Notes under the pieces: model-generated | The model's database searches: none | Seen by the model: the letters and a program-made list of their open reading frames with translations, nothing else | Told to the model about the DNA's origin: nothing | Made by a program: the position numbers and the translations under genes | NCBI GenBank assembly: GCA_951804945.1 | Contig: OX638156.1 | Span: 51,894,001-51,958,000, forward strand | Direction: 5' to 3' | Source: Podarcis cretensis | Taxonomy: Eukaryota | DNA length: 64,000 nt | In this document: piece after piece, positions 1 to 11,292 of the stretch | Layout: each line of letters starts with the position of its first letter | How positions within the stretch are numbered: the first letter of the stretch is position 1

Positions 1-731
1 GACCTAGGGGTAAAAAGGTCTCCCTTGGCATGCCAGAAGTCTCCAGTCTTGCATGGTTAGTGTAGTGGGTATTCAGGAGTGTACTATACCCACCATCCGT
101 ATATTTGTGGACTAGCTCAGAACCAGCTCTGTGCCCACTCTAGAAACACATCCACCCTTGATCTGACTCAGGTCTGTAATCTGTTTGAGAGGGAAATCTA
201 GTGGATCCATCTGCCTCCTTTTAACAAGAACAGAGACCCCATTTTCATGCTGCTTGCTGCTAGTGCAAGTTGCTATTCTTCAGGACCTCATTTCCTCCCA
301 GGGGTCTTAGCAGTGTAATCTTTCTCCTAGTCCACATGTAAGACCATGTAATATGCTCCCTAATATTAGAGACACAGCTGCCACTGAGGCATATTTTGAA
401 CAGTGCTAAGATACTGGAGGCAGTAGCCTTTTTACGTTGTGGCATCTTTAAGCAAAAAAATGAAAGTCCACTTGGTGTTTAAATCAGAGGAGGGCAGGGT
501 AACTGCAGAATAAATGAATACAGCAGGCAGACGTTAGAACATAGCCTCTGTTGTTATGTAATATTGGGGTACAGGGCTTGGGTCCTGCTCCTGGGTAATA
601 GAATTGGTAGGTGTTACAGAAGTATGCCCCATTGTTCATTTGTGAACTGTCACAGTGTCTGCACATCTGTTTTCACATGCACAAGCTCAACATCAATCAG
701 CTAGGGTGACCACTTATGCATTGCTAGGAAA

Positions 732-864
732 NNNNNNNNNNNNNNNNNNNNNNNNNNNNNNNNNNNNNNNNNNNNNNNNNNNNNNNNNNNNNNNNNNNNN
801 NNNNNNNNNNNNNNNNNNNNNNNNNNNNNNNNNNNNNNNNNNNNNNNNNNNNNNNNNNNNNNNN
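732..864. other. Assembly gap
   Basis: N run. Confidence 1.
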
Positions 865-1803
865 ATTTAGAAATAACGACTATAGTTTAAATAGGAATAC
901 AGGACATCTCACTGTACTTGAGATTATTCTGGGACCTGGAGACCGGTCTCTGCCAGCTCAGTCTGCTGTCCAGGTGTCGCTAACTGTTGATGTGTAACTT
1001 CAATGCCTCTGGTGGTCTGCCTTCTTAGGGATTTCTAAACCAGACTTGGATCAAGACCTCTTCAAATAGAGGACTCCTTTACACAGAGGGCTTTCTACAG
1101 TGAAGTAGGCCGCAGAAAAAAGAGCAACATTTTAGGTGGTAAGCTCTAATCATATAATTATAGGGTCAAGAGGGACACCAATGGTCATCTAGTCCAACCC
1201 TCCCACAATGCAGGAATCAAACATCAGTACTTCTGAGTTCCACCCACAGGACAGAGGGCTATGCAGCTGGCTGAATTTCAGGTGTTAACCTCAGAATGTG
1301 CTGATGAAAAAAGCAGTTCTGCCATTGGGGCCATGTGAGTGTAGGAGGAATCAAGGAAGAGCTGGGCACAGGAAAACTCGCCGTGCCATTTTGACGTGCA
1401 CAAACAACTGCTTCTCCCCACCCGCCATACTGATGGGGTGACGCCCTGGCCTGTATCTGTCATCGTCATCCTCTCACACTTTCTCTCTCACTCTCCAAAG
1501 GTCCCCCTTTGCAAGCCCACAGGCTGAGGCAGGATGCCCAGATGGAATGGATTAAACATCTGCTCTGCTGTAGCCTCTGATTAAGACAGTGTGCTGATGG
1601 GGGGCTGCGGAGCTGGAGGAGAAGACAGTAGCTTGATGATCAAAACAGCAAGGCAGGCATCTTGGGGTGGAAGAAGGCAGCTGCTAGAATGACCAGGTTT
1701 GCCATCGCTTGAAAACCAAACTCCTGGTGCCAGCATGCAAGGCATGTGGGCAGAATGTGTAGCTTTGGGGCAGGGAAACTTTGTAATTTTGATTGGTCTA
1801 GGA

Positions 1804-2462
1804 TAGGGGTGAGGGAGAGATTTGATTCAGTTCACATTTAAAGGTGAAACCAACCACATGTGCACTTTCCGCAACAATACATGAACCAAAATACAGTCAT
1901 TTGTGGAATTTTGCGCTTCTCCAGATTTGGCAATGCAGTTCTGCAACCAAGTAATATGTGCATTAAACTGTATATATTCCCGGAATTAAATTGCAGAAGT
2001 GCATTATATTAGAGAGAGCTGCTTGAGAAAACTGTATATATTAGGAAAAATGCACGCTAAGATTTAATGAATTTTCACAATGGTTTTTTTTAAAAAAAAA
2101 AACAAACAAACCACAAAAACACAAACTGCTATGGGGATTTGGAGAACTAAACTTAAGATTGGAAAAATGAGAAACAGAGAGAAACCAAAATTCTCCTAAC
2201 ACTGTATGCACATTTTTATATGCAATTTTGCCTAACAAACACATTTTGTAAAGCAATGTCACCAAAAGTAAGCCACTTTTGTATGTTATTTTCTTATCCA
2301 TTTTTCTACACATTACTTTGCTGTAGAATGGCATTGCAAACTTCAGAGAAGTGTGAAATTTTGAAAAAGGGCTGTGTTTCAGTTGGTGCATTGTGTCAGA
2401 AAATTTGAATTATGAAGGTCCTCCTTTAAATGTGAACTGAATCAAATGTCTCCCCTTCCCTA
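1804..2462. mobile_element. Non-autonomous hAT-like DNA element with ~40-bp TIRs (partial relatives ~23365-23690, ~36440-36720)
   Basis: TAGGG...ATTTGATTCAGTTCACATTTAAAGG at the left end and its reverse complement at 2423-2462. No clear TSD. Confidence 0.7.
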
Positions 2463-3294
2463 TGCATGAAGCAGCTACCTCCCTTTGCCGCCCTCCTAGT
2501 AGGGGCAGGCCTCTCCCTCTCCATCTCCCCCACCCTCCCTGATGAATACTTTTATGTCTCTGTACTATTTCCGACTCACTCCATCACACTTTTTGGAGGG
2601 GAAGCTCCAAAGCCCTGAATTTTCTTTTGTCTTTCCTTTTAGTGAAGGTGCACTGGTCATTTGGGTTGCTCTTTGCTGCATCCACCTGACTGCAAGGGCA
2701 AGAGCCTGATGTATGTATGTCATCTGAGCCAACTTGCAGTGCCTACCCGTGGCCAGCAGGGGATGTCTGCAGTGGTCCAGCAACCTTTGATGAAGCCGAG
2801 TAATAAGTGCAATATATACCAACGGCATCCTGTCTTTTTGAAAAATCCTTTTTTCTTTTTTTTTGAATAGGTGATACAAAACCCACTTTTATTGTCATAG
2901 ATCTGTAATTCCCTGAAGGTCATGTCCTTTTGTGATTCAGTGCTAAAAAACATTGTGGCATTTCTCTTAGCAGGTATTTTTTCAAGGAGCGAGTTAGATT
3001 CTGATTGTACGTTAGCGTTTCTCTGTCAATTGCTGGTCAGGTCTTGCATTACTAATGGAGGTCAAAGAAAGTTCAGGAAGGGTGGAGAACCTGGGATTCT
3101 TTTCTGTTTTACCTGGTGAAGAGTCTTATGTGACTCACAAATGTATGTATTCATATTGCAACAGAAAGAAATATGTAAGGTATCACCACAGCCGTTTTGC
3201 ATTGATTAGTTTGAACAGTGGCAAAACTAGCAAATCTTGTCTGAATAGACTGCTTTCCTCCATTTACATGCCTGAAATTTAGCCACCTTAGCAT

Positions 3295-3365
3295 TCTGCC
3301 CGACAAAGACTTCTGTGTAACTCAAAAGCTTGCAATGATCAGTCTACCTAATGATAGATATCACC
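3295..3365 (+). mobile_element. Decayed Penelope-like terminal repeat (second family)
   Basis: CCCGACAAAGACTTCTGTGTAACTCAAAAGCTTGC...CCTAATGATAGATATCACC resembles recalled CTGANGAAGAGCTCTGTG..CTCGAAAGCTTG...CCAATAAAAGATATCACC termini. Confidence 0.5.
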
Positions 3366-4380
3366 TTCCTCCTCTTTCCTCCAAGGAGCTCAGGATAGGG
3401 TGCCCAGCTCTTCCCCAACTCATTTTATCCCCTCCATTTCAACCTCAGTGGGCTTTGTGCCTAAGCAGAGATTGAATCTGGGTCTCGGTCCCAGTCGCAC
3501 ATTCCAACTTCCACACTATGAATTTAAGGGGGTTTTCTTTCAGTTTTGGGATCTAATAACAGACAGCTGTTAATTTATAGCCTAGGAGTGCACTTTTCAT
3601 ATATCTTCTGTCTCCCCTGCCTCCTTAATAATGCATATTTCAATCAGCCGCTGCTCATGTCTCTTTACTTTGATTTGGTGGTTTCCTTGTGCTGACCTTC
3701 TTCCGAAGCATAGCGGCTGAGATTTTAATAAGACCAAGCAAATTATAGATGTCAAACGGTGGGAATTGGTTAAAATATTAGCCCTTTGCTTTCATGGAAT
3801 TGCTTTTATGCTGTAGACAAGGTCCCTGTGGGGCTATAATAACTTGGTTCTCAGGACTTTGCTCCTCTCTAGACTCTGCTCTGCAAGTTTTCTCTACTTG
3901 CCAACAGGTTCCAGTGGGGGAAAGTTGACCTGCCTTGCACCTACTGCTCATCTTTTGCGGCAGAAGCCCAAAAGAGAGAGAGAAAGGAAGAAGACTGGAC
4001 ACCAAACTCCTTTACTAAAAAGAGTTTCAGCAGGGGTATGGCAAGCAGCGTCAATTAACTTGTAGAACTCATTGCCACAGGAGGTGCTGATGTATTTTTT
4101 AAAAAGGGTTAGGCATATGCTTGGAAAAAGATAGTCAAGTCAAGTCATTACTTGATCGAATGACTTGTATGATCAATCAGTTTCCAGATGAGTTCCAGAC
4201 ATGCTCATCTCTTTTAGCAAACATGACAAGTGTCTTGTCACACCTAAAAGATTGTTAGTTATCACCATTGCTAGTCCTGCTAAGAGTAGAGCCTTTGAAG
4301 CTAAGGAACATGAATGGCTTAGGTTCGTTAATTTCAGCAGGTTTACTCTGATTAGAACATTCTTTGATACAACTGTGACA

Positions 4381-4432
4381 TAGTTATTACAGCAAATGTG
4401 TTTGTGGACAACAGTCCTCTTCATCAGATGCA
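4381..4432 (-). mobile_element. Decayed Penelope-like terminal repeat (hammerhead remnant)
   Basis: Minus strand GCATCTGATGAAGAGGACTGTTGTCCACAAAC..GCTGTAATAA resembles sauropsid Penelope termini, recalled as CTGANGAAGTGGNCTGTAGNCCACGAAAGCTTATGCT..AATAAA. Confidence 0.55.
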
Positions 4433-6029
4433 TGGTGTGAGATCCTCAGTTGTGTTGGCTATGTATATAGATAAGTTTTTGCGGGGTGTGGGGAGAGACT
4501 GTAAACAGTGATATCAGAGGGCCTTCTTGGTAGCTGCCCCCAGACTTGGGAATTTGGGAACTCCTCGTGAGGCTCGACAACTCCCTCCTTCATTGTCCTT
4601 CCACTGGCAGGGGAAGACTGTCTTCTTCCAACAGGCTTTATGTAATTAACAGTGACCATTAAAAAAACCCCAATTGTTGGTAACGCAGATTAAGGTATGT
4701 TTAAACTGGTGATGAAAAATTCAAACATGTCAGCAGATACGCATACCGGTATTTAAGTCATGTCAGGTGTTCAACTCAGGCTGCAGTCTTGTAGGTCAGA
4801 CTGTTGAATGCCTGCCTGCATGAGCTTCTTGTCCTCCACCCTGGTCTTCTGAAAGTTGCATCTTCCTACCTCTGGTATCTTGCCTTGCAGTTTTAAAGAC
4901 ATTATTTGAGCAATCTTGAAACTTGTAACTCCCTGGGGAAACTCTGTGGAAAGGTCAAGTATTTATTTTGGATTATTTCATTGCAAATGCCCCAGCTAGC
5001 TTGGGCCGCAAAACTACTCTACTTTTTCTTCTTCTTCCCCTGAGAGATTACCAATTTACCCTTGTCACTGAACATTAGCATTTGCTTTGTCAGCCCTATC
5101 ATCTCAAGCTGACAGTTCATTAGAGCCTACCCCCCCTGCCCCCCCCCCAGCAGCCTGCCTGGTCCTGCTGTTCATTTGCTGCTGGGACTTGGGAATGGGG
5201 CAAGGAGAGACTTAGGAACAGCTTTTGCTGGCAAGGTGGAATGGCATGTCCGAAAATCCTTTTCAGTAGCGGCTCCTTGCAATCGGAAACATCTGTTTAA
5301 AAGGCAGCCGGTGATAGCTTTTAGGCTAACGAAAACGAAAGGCTCCCTAGGTAACCGCTCTGTATGCAGTTATCATTCCTACAGCATCTAATGTGAAACA
5401 TGAATTATGTGCGAGCGTCTGATTATTGGCATTTCTCGTGGGCTCCTGTCAGGCAGTTCCTTTGCTTGGATATACAGAAGGCTCATTCAATTACGGAACC
5501 ACCTCCCCAGGGTGATCTCCACAGTAGCCCTGCTTGAAGGAATCCATGCCTTCCCTTAAGCTTCTGAGTTCAACCCTGTGTGCCCCCCCCACTTCACCCA
5601 CAACCATTGTCAGCTTTGATTTGCAGCAAGATTCCTGGCATCTGTTTTTCATATGAGGTATTTTGAATATGGAGAGCCTGCTCTCACTGCTGCTGCCACT
5701 GCTGCTACTGCCCAGACCTATTCAACTGGGCAGTTGAAACAGGGCTGGCACCAAAGTTAGGGATAGCCAGGCATCTGCCAAGGGGCCACACCCCAGCTCC
5801 AACAGTCCACCACCCCCCCCGGAAACTGGATCCTGCTTTTCACCATAGCAACCTGCAGCCTTGTTCATCCACCTCTCACCTTGACTCAGATAAGGATGGT
5901 GGGAAGAAGGAGCAAAGTGCCTATGTCCACTTTGGTTGAAATGTCTCTGCCTAAGCCAGGACCCTGATGGGGATGCAAATCAACCCTCGACAACCTTCCT
6001 AACTGATTTGTCCAGATCAGCTGAGGGTG

Positions 6030-6031
<2 letters not shown>

Positions 6032-6061
<30 letters not shown>
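6032..6061 (+). repeat. (GT)15 microsatellite
   Basis: Read directly. Confidence 0.95.
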
Positions 6062-6066
<5 letters not shown>

Positions 6067-6237
6067 TATGGGGTGACCAGAGTCACCACTAGCATGTGAC
6101 CCCTAGAAGGTTTGAATGTGGCCAGGGGGAAAAAGCTAATCACCTCTGGACTATGGCTCCAAAGGCCAACAGTATATGGTAAAAAATTAAGAAAGGGGTC
6201 CCCAAATGCAAGTTTGGGTTAAAGGTGGTCCGTTTAT

Positions 6238-8980
6238 TTGAGAGAAATTAAATTTTACCAAGCACAGTACGCGAAATTGATAAATCAAGAAGTTGAGTGG
6301 AAAATTAAACAAATGAAACAAAGATCATTTGAATCAGCTAACAAGTGTGGGAAACTATTAGCATGGCAATTGAAAAAGAGACAAAAATTGAATACAGTCA
6401 CCAATCTAGAGATTGAAGGGAAAGATATCCAGAAACCCGAAGAAATTAGGAAGTGTTTCCAGAGATATTTCAAAAAGCTCTATACTCAAGGGCCACAAGA
6501 GGAGAAGGAGATAGACCAATTTTTGAAAACAAATGGTTTATCAAAACTTGCCCAGGAAAAGAGAACAATCCTGAATCATAAAATAACACAACAAGAAATA
6601 GAGGGTGCCATCCAGAATATGCAACTAGGCAAATCTCCAGGTCCGGATGGGCTTACCTCCAAGTATTATAAGATATTGAAAGATTATTTGATACAACCAT
6701 TAATGGAGGTATGCAATCAGATTTTGGAGGGGAAGAAGGCACCGGAATCGTGGAAAGAAGCCTTCATCACATTGATCCCTAAAGTGGAAACTGAAAAGAC
6801 TCAACTTAAGAACTACCGTCCCATCTCACTCCTAAATGTGGATTACAAAATTTTTGCAGATATTTTGGCAAGTAGATTTAAAAAAGTATTAAATGAAGTA
6901 ATTCACAAGGACCAGGCAGGCTTTCTCCCAGGAGGACATTTGTCTGATAATACTAGGAATATTATTGATATTTTGGAACTTTTGCAAACCAACATTAATA
7001 CAAAATCAGTGTTAATTTTTGTTGATGCGGAGAAGGCCTTTGATAATATTTCTTGGAGGTTTATGAAGAAAAATTTGGAAGGGATGGGAGTGGGACGGGG
7101 GTTTGAAAATGGAATAGAGGCAATTTATTCAGAGCAGAAAGCTAAACTGATAGTAAACAATGTGGTGACAGAAGAATTTAAAATTGAAAAAGGAACACGA
7201 CAAGGTTGCCCCCTATCCCCTCTGTTATTTATTTCTGTTCTGGAGGTGCTTTTGAACATGATTAGGGAAGACCGGTTGGTACAAGGAATACAGGTCGGAG
7301 TGAAACAATTTAAATTAAAGCTTTTGCAGATGATTTGGTTTTAACACTACAGGAGCCAGAATCTAGTACGAAGAGAGTGTTAGAATTAATTTATGAATTT
7401 GGTCGGGTAGCGGGGTTCAAACTGAACAAGCAAAAAACCAAGGTTTTGGAGAAAAATCTGACACCTTTGGAAATAGATGGGTTTCAGAAAGAGACAGAGT
7501 TAAATGTTGTTAAAAAGGTAAAATACCTAGGGGTAAACTTGTCTGCCAAAAATTTGAATCTATTTAAAGATAATTATGAAAAATGCTGGTCAGAAATTAA
7601 GAAAGATTTAGAGATCTGGTCAAGATTGAAACTTTCCTTGTTGGGTCGAATTGCAGCTATAAAGATGAATGTATTGCCGAAGATGTTATTTTTGTTTCAG
7701 ACCCTACAGATCGTGGACAGAGTGGAGTGTTTTGGGAAGTGGCAGAAAGATATTTCTAGGTTTGTCTGGCAGGGCAAAAAGCCCCGAATAAAATTTAAAA
7801 TATTAACGGATGCAAAAGAGAGAGGGGGGTTTGCCCTGCCAGATTTAAGGTTATATTATGAAGCTGCGGCTTTCTGCTGGATGAAAGATTGGTTACTCCT
7901 TGAGAACACTGACGTCCTAGATCTGGAAGGGTATAATAATGTTTTTGGATGGCATGCATATTTGTGGTACGATAAGGTAAAGGTTCATAAAATGTTTAAA
8001 AACCATATTGTCAGGAAAGCTATATTTATGGTCTGGACAAAATACAAAGACTTATTGGAAGGTAAGACCCCGAGGTGGTTATCACCAGCGGAGGCCAAGG
8101 TTCGAAAAAAACCCAATATGGAGGCCGGATGGCCGAAATACTGGGAAATAATAGAAAAAATTGGAGATAATTGGAGGCTGCAGAGTTTTGAAAAATTAAA
8201 GAATAGGGTGCAAGACTGGTTTCATTATGCTCAAATTCAAGAGGTTTTTAAGTCAGACAAAAAATAGGATTCCAGGTGGAAAAATCGAAATTAGAGACAG
8301 AACTGTTAGAACCTAAGACCAAGGCGCTTTCGAGAATGTATAACTTGCTGCTTAAATGGAACACCCAGGATGAGATAGTCAAATCAGCCATGATAAAATG
8401 GGCTCAGGATATTGGGTACAACATTATGTTAGAAGACTGGGAAAGGTTATGGACCACTGGAATGAAATTCACGGCATGTAATGCCCTGAAGGAAAATATT
8501 ATGAAAATGATATATAGGTGGTACATGACCCCAGTCAAACTTGCAAAAATATATCATCGGTCTGATAATAAATGTTGGAAATGTAAGGAGGCTGAAGGGA
8601 CATTCTTTCATCTTTGGTGGACTTGTCCAAAAGTGAAGGCCTTCTGGGAAATGATCTATAATGAGTTAAAAAAGGTGTTTAGGTACACCTTCCCTAAGAA
8701 ACCAGAGGCCTTCCTCCTGGGCATTGTGGACCAAAAGGTGTTAAAGAAGGATAGAACTTTTTTTATGTATGCAACTACAGCAGCAAGAATACTCATTGCA
8801 AAATATTGGAAGATACAAGACCTTCCCACGCTGGAAGAGTGGCAGACGCAGTTGATGGACTATATGGAACTGGTTGAAATGACTGGCAGAATCCGAGATC
8901 TGGGAGAAGAGACAATGGAAGAGGACTGGAAGAAATTTAAGGACTATTTACAAAAACATTATAAGTTGTATGAATGTTAA
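6238..8980 (+). pseudogene. L1 ORF2 fragment with two single-base frameshifts (~7318, ~8262)
   Basis: Three consecutive ORFs in successive frames. Comparison with copy B shows one A missing at each break. Confidence 0.85.
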
Positions 8981-9355
8981 GAATCTGCATGACTTGGAAA
9001 TTTTAGCTCCTGCAATTAGATTAGGAAAATAGAAAGTTAAGTTATAAGTAAGAAAAAGTTGAAATTTAAAGTTATTTTATGTATTATCTTAAGGTATAAA
9101 TATTTGACAAAAGGTACTTTAAATTTAGAAGTAAAACACTCTGAAAGATATAAATAAGATACGAAACAAGGTAATAATTTGCTGATATGTTTATTGTAAA
9201 GAACGCAGGGTGAGGGAGATGTGGGGAAGTCCAGTTAGTAACCTAAAAATGTATTTTGAAAGTTGGATTGTTTTTCTTTCTTTCTTTTTTCTGGTTTGTC
9301 CTTCTTTTTCTTTTCTGTAAACTGAAAATGTAATAAAAATTTTAATAAAAAAAAA
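6242..9355 (+). mobile_element. 5'-truncated L1-clade LINE (copy A): ORF2 RT and C-terminal Cys domain, 3' UTR, poly(A)
   Basis: ORF pieces 6238-7344, 7335-8267 and 8276-8980 carry RT motifs (KSPGPDG, YRPISLLN, DAEKAFD, GTRQGCPLSP, FADD across a frameshift, YLG) and CWKC-x8-H-x4-C. AATAAA plus poly(A) at ~9344-9358. 21-bp TSD AAAGGTGGTCCGTTTATTTGA at 6221-6241 and 9356-9376. TT/AAAG nick site. Confidence 0.95.
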
Positions 9356-11029
9356 AAAGGTGGTCCGTTTATTTGAAAATGTTGAAGACTACTGTTCTGT
9401 CTAATATACCATGAATATGGCTCACTGAGTCCTTACTGGTAAAGAGGTAAGAGGCAGTTTCCATTCTGACCTGTATTCACAAACACAATCACAACCAGCA
9501 TTGTTTCCATTCTGCTGCAGTTCAGTTTCCACCAAATTCTACATTATACATTTCACTGTCTGTTAAAAACCCACAACAATGGTGTGAATGAATACCAATA
9601 TTTGCTGGACCAATTTTCATTCCTGACCACAGACAAACACCCAAACTGCAGCAATTTCCACTTCCTTTTCTGTTTGGGTTGGAATTCTCTGACATCCCTA
9701 TTCATCAGCTTGCTATATCGAGGTCATCAGCAGAGGCTTGTGTCTGTGCACCTGCCTAAATGCGCCTTGTATCTTTGGGGTTTCCCAAAATTGGCAGTTA
9801 TGCAATGCCTTTGCTATCACAGCTGTTAACAACTGCTGGAGAGAGAACAAGCCAGAGAGGAAAAAACAGTGACTGCCCCAGCAGGAAGGGTTTGCTTCTT
9901 TTTTTTGGGGGGGGGATTCCTGTTTTTTGACACTTTAATTAGTGGCCTGATCCATGTGGCTGCAGCATTGTGAGACTGACTCCCTTGCAAAGCACTGGAT
10001 GAGTAATACTGGCTCTGCCTATGGAGCAAGCCTCCAATTTGTCATTTGTTATTAAAGGTCAGATTCCTTGAGGAAGCCTCTCCTGCGCTGAGGCCCTTTT
10101 AAGTGAGGCAAGAGTCTACATTATCCTGACGATAATTTGCAGTTGAGAGTAGATTTCCCTTGCGTGTGCAGAACCAATTTCTTCAGATCTTTTCCAACCA
10201 GGGCAAAATGCTCAGAATACAGAAAGCTTCTCCAGTCTGATCCCAACCATATAACCAGATTAAGTGGAGAGGCTTCTGGGAGTACATTCAATATGCCCTA
10301 CCTTCACTCCCCTTTTTTTGAAGAATCAGGCTGAGCCGAGGGCCAACAGAGGTAGTGGTGTAACAAGTTCTGTTGACAGTGCTGCTCTGTTTCCTCCTCA
10401 ATATGGGAGGGGTCTTCTCATGGTTATCTGAGAAACAGAGACCGTTTTTGTTCTCCTTATGATGGTGTCAGATTGTTTCATTGCCTTACCTGGGAACCTT
10501 CCAAGGTGATTGTAATCACTGCTGGGTTGAGTTGCTCAGTCAGAGCAAATGCTTTGTATGGCATAGTTAACCTATGACATTTGCTTCCCAAAGCTATTGT
10601 GATGGCCACTGCTTTAGATGGAGGATAAATCTATCAGCAGCTACTGGACATGGTGGTTGTGTCATACTTCCAGTGTGAGAGGCAGCCTGCCTCTGGATGC
10701 CAGTTGTTGGGGAGCATGGATGTGGAAAAGGCTAGTGCGCACATATCCAACTTATGGGCTTCCTATTAAACCTGGGTGATTAGAGTATCTGGCTGGCAGT
10801 TGTGGGAACAGGATGCTGGACCGGATAGGTCTTTGGTTTGATCCTGCATGGCTCTACTCAGGGTTCATATGTCCTTGAAAAATGTGAAGTTAGCATTGCT
10901 GCTGAAATCAAACTTAGCTTGTTTGTAAGTTGAATCTAATATGTTTGGAGTTCTAGAATGTATAATGAGCCATGACTTGGATCCAACTTCAATATTTTTG
11001 TAATTTTAGCAAAAATTGATTACAAATTA

Positions 11030-11292
11030 CCGTATTTTTTGCTGTATAAGACTCACCTTTTCCCTCCTAAAATGTAAGGGGAAATGTGTGTGCGTCTTAT
11101 GGAGCGAATGCAGGCTGCATAGCTATCCCAGAAGCCAGAACAGCAAGAGGGATTGCTGCTTTCACTGCGCAGTGATTCTGGCCTCTTGCTGTTCTGGCTT
11201 CTGAGATTCAGAATATTTTTTCCCTTGTTTTCCTCCTCCAAAAACTAGGTGCTTCTTGTGGTCTGGTGCGTCCTGTAGAGCGAAAAATACGG
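11030..11292. mobile_element. Tc2/pogo-like MITE
   Basis: ~23-bp TIRs CCGTATTTTTTGCTGTATAAGAC / GTCCTGTAGAGCGAAAAATACGG, flanked by TA on the left and CA on the right (decayed TA TSD). Confidence 0.8.
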
